From a virus (taxonomy: Duplodnaviria; Caudoviricetes), in the IMG/VR virus record IMGVR_UViG_3300048598_000163, positions 14,512 through 78,511 of that record: a stretch of 64,000 nucleotides of DNA; one strand, 5' to 3'. Below, in pieces: positions 62,278-64,000 of the stretch (position 1 is the first letter of the stretch; each line of letters starts with the position of its first letter). The translations under genes were made by a program, and so were the position numbers. The notes under the pieces were generated by a model. That model was not told the DNA's origin, made no database searches, and saw only the letters and a program-made list of their open reading frames with translations.

Positions 62278-62281
62278 TGTG

Positions 62282-62554
62282 TTATTCCTTTCCCCAGACC
62301 CGAATGTTCATCCGAGGACGAAAGAAGCACAAGGGTCCCTTGTCAGAAACCGCACCACGAATACGCTCACCGTTGGGCGACGTGGCGACAAACCCTGTTG
62401 TAGTCCAGTCATCCTTACCGTCGGCCCAGAGATCGTAACCGGTTGTTTCAATTTCCGTGTAACCTTGTTCCTGAAGGAAGACCTTTGTTCCATCGGCGTC
62501 GCTGCAAGACGACAGAACAATAATCACCGCGATTAGTACAATTACTCTTTTCAT
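62282..62554 (-). CDS. Small lipoprotein
   Basis: MKRVIVLIAVIIVLSS-C lipobox; start moved to ATG 62554 (AAGGA RBS). Confidence 0.7.
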   Translation of the reverse strand: MKRVIVLIAVIIVLSSCSDADGTKVFLQEQGYTEIETTGYDLWADGKDDWTTTGFVATSPNGERIRGAVSDKGPLCFFRPRMNIRVWGKE

Positions 62555-62564
62555 AGCATCATCC

Positions 62565-63041
62565 TTAAAATGGAATATCGTCCGGAAAATCCGGAGGTAC
62601 TGAATCATCCGTGTCTGCTTGTCCAGCGGGAGGCGCCGCAGGTCGCTTCTGGTAAGGTGCCGATGATCCTGTTGAGGAAGAACCATCCGAATGCCCGGCA
62701 GAGCCCTGCCCGCCCGCGTTACCGCCCAAGAGCTGCACGTTGTTTGCGTTAATCTCGATCTTGCTGCGTGCCTGGCCATCCTGTTCCCAACGGTTCTGGT
62801 GTAGCTCGCCTTCTACGGCAACTTGCTTTCCCTTAACCAGATATTGGTTGAGAGATTCCCCCGAACGTCCCCATAAGACGATATCGAAGAAATTTGCTTC
62901 CTCGACCCACTGCTCGCCCTGTTTGCGGCGCTTATTTACCGCGATTGCGAACTTACAGACAGCCATGCCTCCGGAAGTGTATTTGAGCTCCGCGTCGCGG
63001 GTAAGACGACCAATAAGTATTACGTGATTTACGTCAGCCAT
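62565..63041 (-). CDS. ssb: Single-stranded DNA-binding protein
   Basis: MADVNHVILIGRLTRDAELKYT..VAVEGEL..DDIPF. Confidence 0.97.
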   Translation of the reverse strand: MADVNHVILIGRLTRDAELKYTSGGMAVCKFAIAVNKRRKQGEQWVEEANFFDIVLWGRSGESLNQYLVKGKQVAVEGELHQNRWEQDGQARSKIEINANNVQLLGGNAGGQGSAGHSDGSSSTGSSAPYQKRPAAPPAGQADTDDSVPPDFPDDIPF

Positions 63042-63042
63042 T

Positions 63043-63999
63043 TTATATAAACTCCTTTTCAAAACGCTCTATTCGTTTCCCGATCCAACGCATTACCGGT
63101 ACCGCCATACTATTTCCAATCGCTTTGTATCGCGGACCGTCCGGACAATTTTCAGTTTCAGCTCCTCTCCATGGAACACGCGTCCAATCGTCCGGAAACC
63201 CCTGGAGCCGTTCGCATTCGCGCGGGGTGAGTCGGCGGACGGTTGACGCAAACTGAACACCGTGCTGATCTGTTTTCGTTAGACAAGGGGCGATATCGTG
63301 CATTGGTTCGACCGCATTACCGCCGTTTTTCGGCTCGCGTCCGATCCAGTTCCCCGGTATCCCGTATGATATAATCGGCGCTTCATGGTTACAGTTCAGC
63401 GTTGGCGCGTGACCTTCCGTGATCTCAGCATTGCCTTGACCGGTTGCCATGATTACCGGACAATAATCGCTCGGCCTACTCGGGTGATCGGTGCATAATG
63501 TCGGCACAGTAAAACCATCGCCCCGACCGCGCATATCGTAGCAGACGGCCTGAACTTCGGCGCGCGCTTCAATCGTATATGCGATATGCTCCTGAACACC
63601 TACACCGTCTGGACCTGATTCCGGGTTTTCTCGCATTGCGCCGGCCTGTATTGCGACTGGAATTATCGGCATCGCTACTTGTAAGTTTCCTGGACATCCT
63701 GACCCACACTCGCCGCTGATACCAGAGCGCGTGCTAATTGTTCCGGAAGCTCCTTTCCCCGCTTCTCTGCTCGGCGCAGAATACCCGCACATGCTTTCTG
63801 ACTCAAAAAGTACCGCTGCGGCAGGTCGCCAGTCTCCAAGATATCCGACAACGAAGATACGGCGGCGTCGCTGGGCCACTCCGAAGTATTGAGCGTCAAG
63901 CACCCTGTAGGCAAACCCATACCCGAGTTCTCCCAACATATCGAGGAAGGTTTTGAAGTCTGCCCCCCCCCCGCTGGATAGAACGCCGGGCACGTTTTC
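63043..63999 (-). CDS. C5-cytosine DNA methyltransferase (5' end outside the window)
   Basis: ENVPGVL (motif VI), LDAQYFGVAQRRRRIF (VIII), RRLTPRECERLQGFP (IX), YKAIGNSMAVPV (X). Confidence 0.93.
   Translation of the reverse strand, partial: ENVPGVLSSGGGADFKTFLDMLGELGYGFAYRVLDAQYFGVAQRRRRIFVVGYLGDWRPAAAVLFESESMCGYSAPSREAGKGASGTISTRSGISGECGSGCPGNLQVAMPIIPVAIQAGAMRENPESGPDGVGVQEHIAYTIEARAEVQAVCYDMRGRGDGFTVPTLCTDHPSRPSDYCPVIMATGQGNAEITEGHAPTLNCNHEAPIISYGIPGNWIGREPKNGGNAVEPMHDIAPCLTKTDQHGVQFASTVRRLTPRECERLQGFPDDWTRVPWRGAETENCPDGPRYKAIGNSMAVPVMRWIGKRIERFEKEFI
63675..63998 (-). CDS. Nested +1-frame polypeptide inside the C5 methyltransferase (beta-subunit-like)
   Basis: Frame open to the window edge: KTCPAFYP..SSICWENSGM..SSLSDILETG..YFLSQKACAGILRRAEKRGKELP. 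Confidence 0.6.
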   Translation of the reverse strand, partial: KTCPAFYPAGGGQTSKPSSICWENSGMGLPTGCLTLNTSEWPSDAAVSSLSDILETGDLPQRYFLSQKACAGILRRAEKRGKELPEQLARALVSAASVGQDVQETYK

Positions 64000-64000
64000 C

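Noticed and set aside
62282-62779. 165-aa ORF overlapping ssb
   Set aside because: The upstream part is a shadow of ssb; the lipoprotein starts at 62554 with RBS and signal peptide.
1-64000. CRISPR array, tRNA, rRNA, integrase/att site, IS element
   Set aside because: None recognised by eye; a tRNAscan/Infernal run would be needed to exclude small RNAs.

Overview
The window is a 64-kb section of a contractile-tailed (myovirus-type) phage or prophage, with almost every gene on the minus strand. The host is probably a spirochaete (Treponema-like SSB, spirochaete-type lipoboxes). Reading the minus strand from 64000 to 1: (1) early/middle accessory genes, including a dual-frame C5 methyltransferase, SSB, two adenine methyltransferases, a resolvase-like nuclease and MazG-like, DUF4406, ASCH-like and ART-like genes; (2) a sigma70-like late promoter, TerS, TerL, portal and MuF; (3) an ~18.7-kb block of 'polyvalent' effector genes (DarB-like MTase-helicase, Zeta-toxin-like kinase, LPD1-like peptidase, ART plus pyrophosphatase, a second SNF2 helicase); (4) prohead protease/scaffold, major capsid, neck, sheath, tube, chaperones, tape measure, baseplate and fibre; (5) a complete diversity-generating retroelement (Mtd-like target/VR, avd, TR, RT) whose 9 TR/VR mismatches all fall on TR adenines; (6) an unusual lysis cassette (C39-like peptidase, holin, overlapping lipoprotein/membrane-protein pair, class-3 lipase). 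The best candidate for an undescribed system is a shared ~25-aa tag, L-V-x5-V-x-R-x-G-x2-F-x4-W-V-x-P. It occurs in six otherwise unrelated head-region proteins, always follows an L/M-x-K-S/A motif like the predicted capsid maturation site, and is often followed by a QxDLF-like motif. This suggests a protease-processed capsid-loading code for injected effectors. All family assignments come from motif recognition only; no database search was run.
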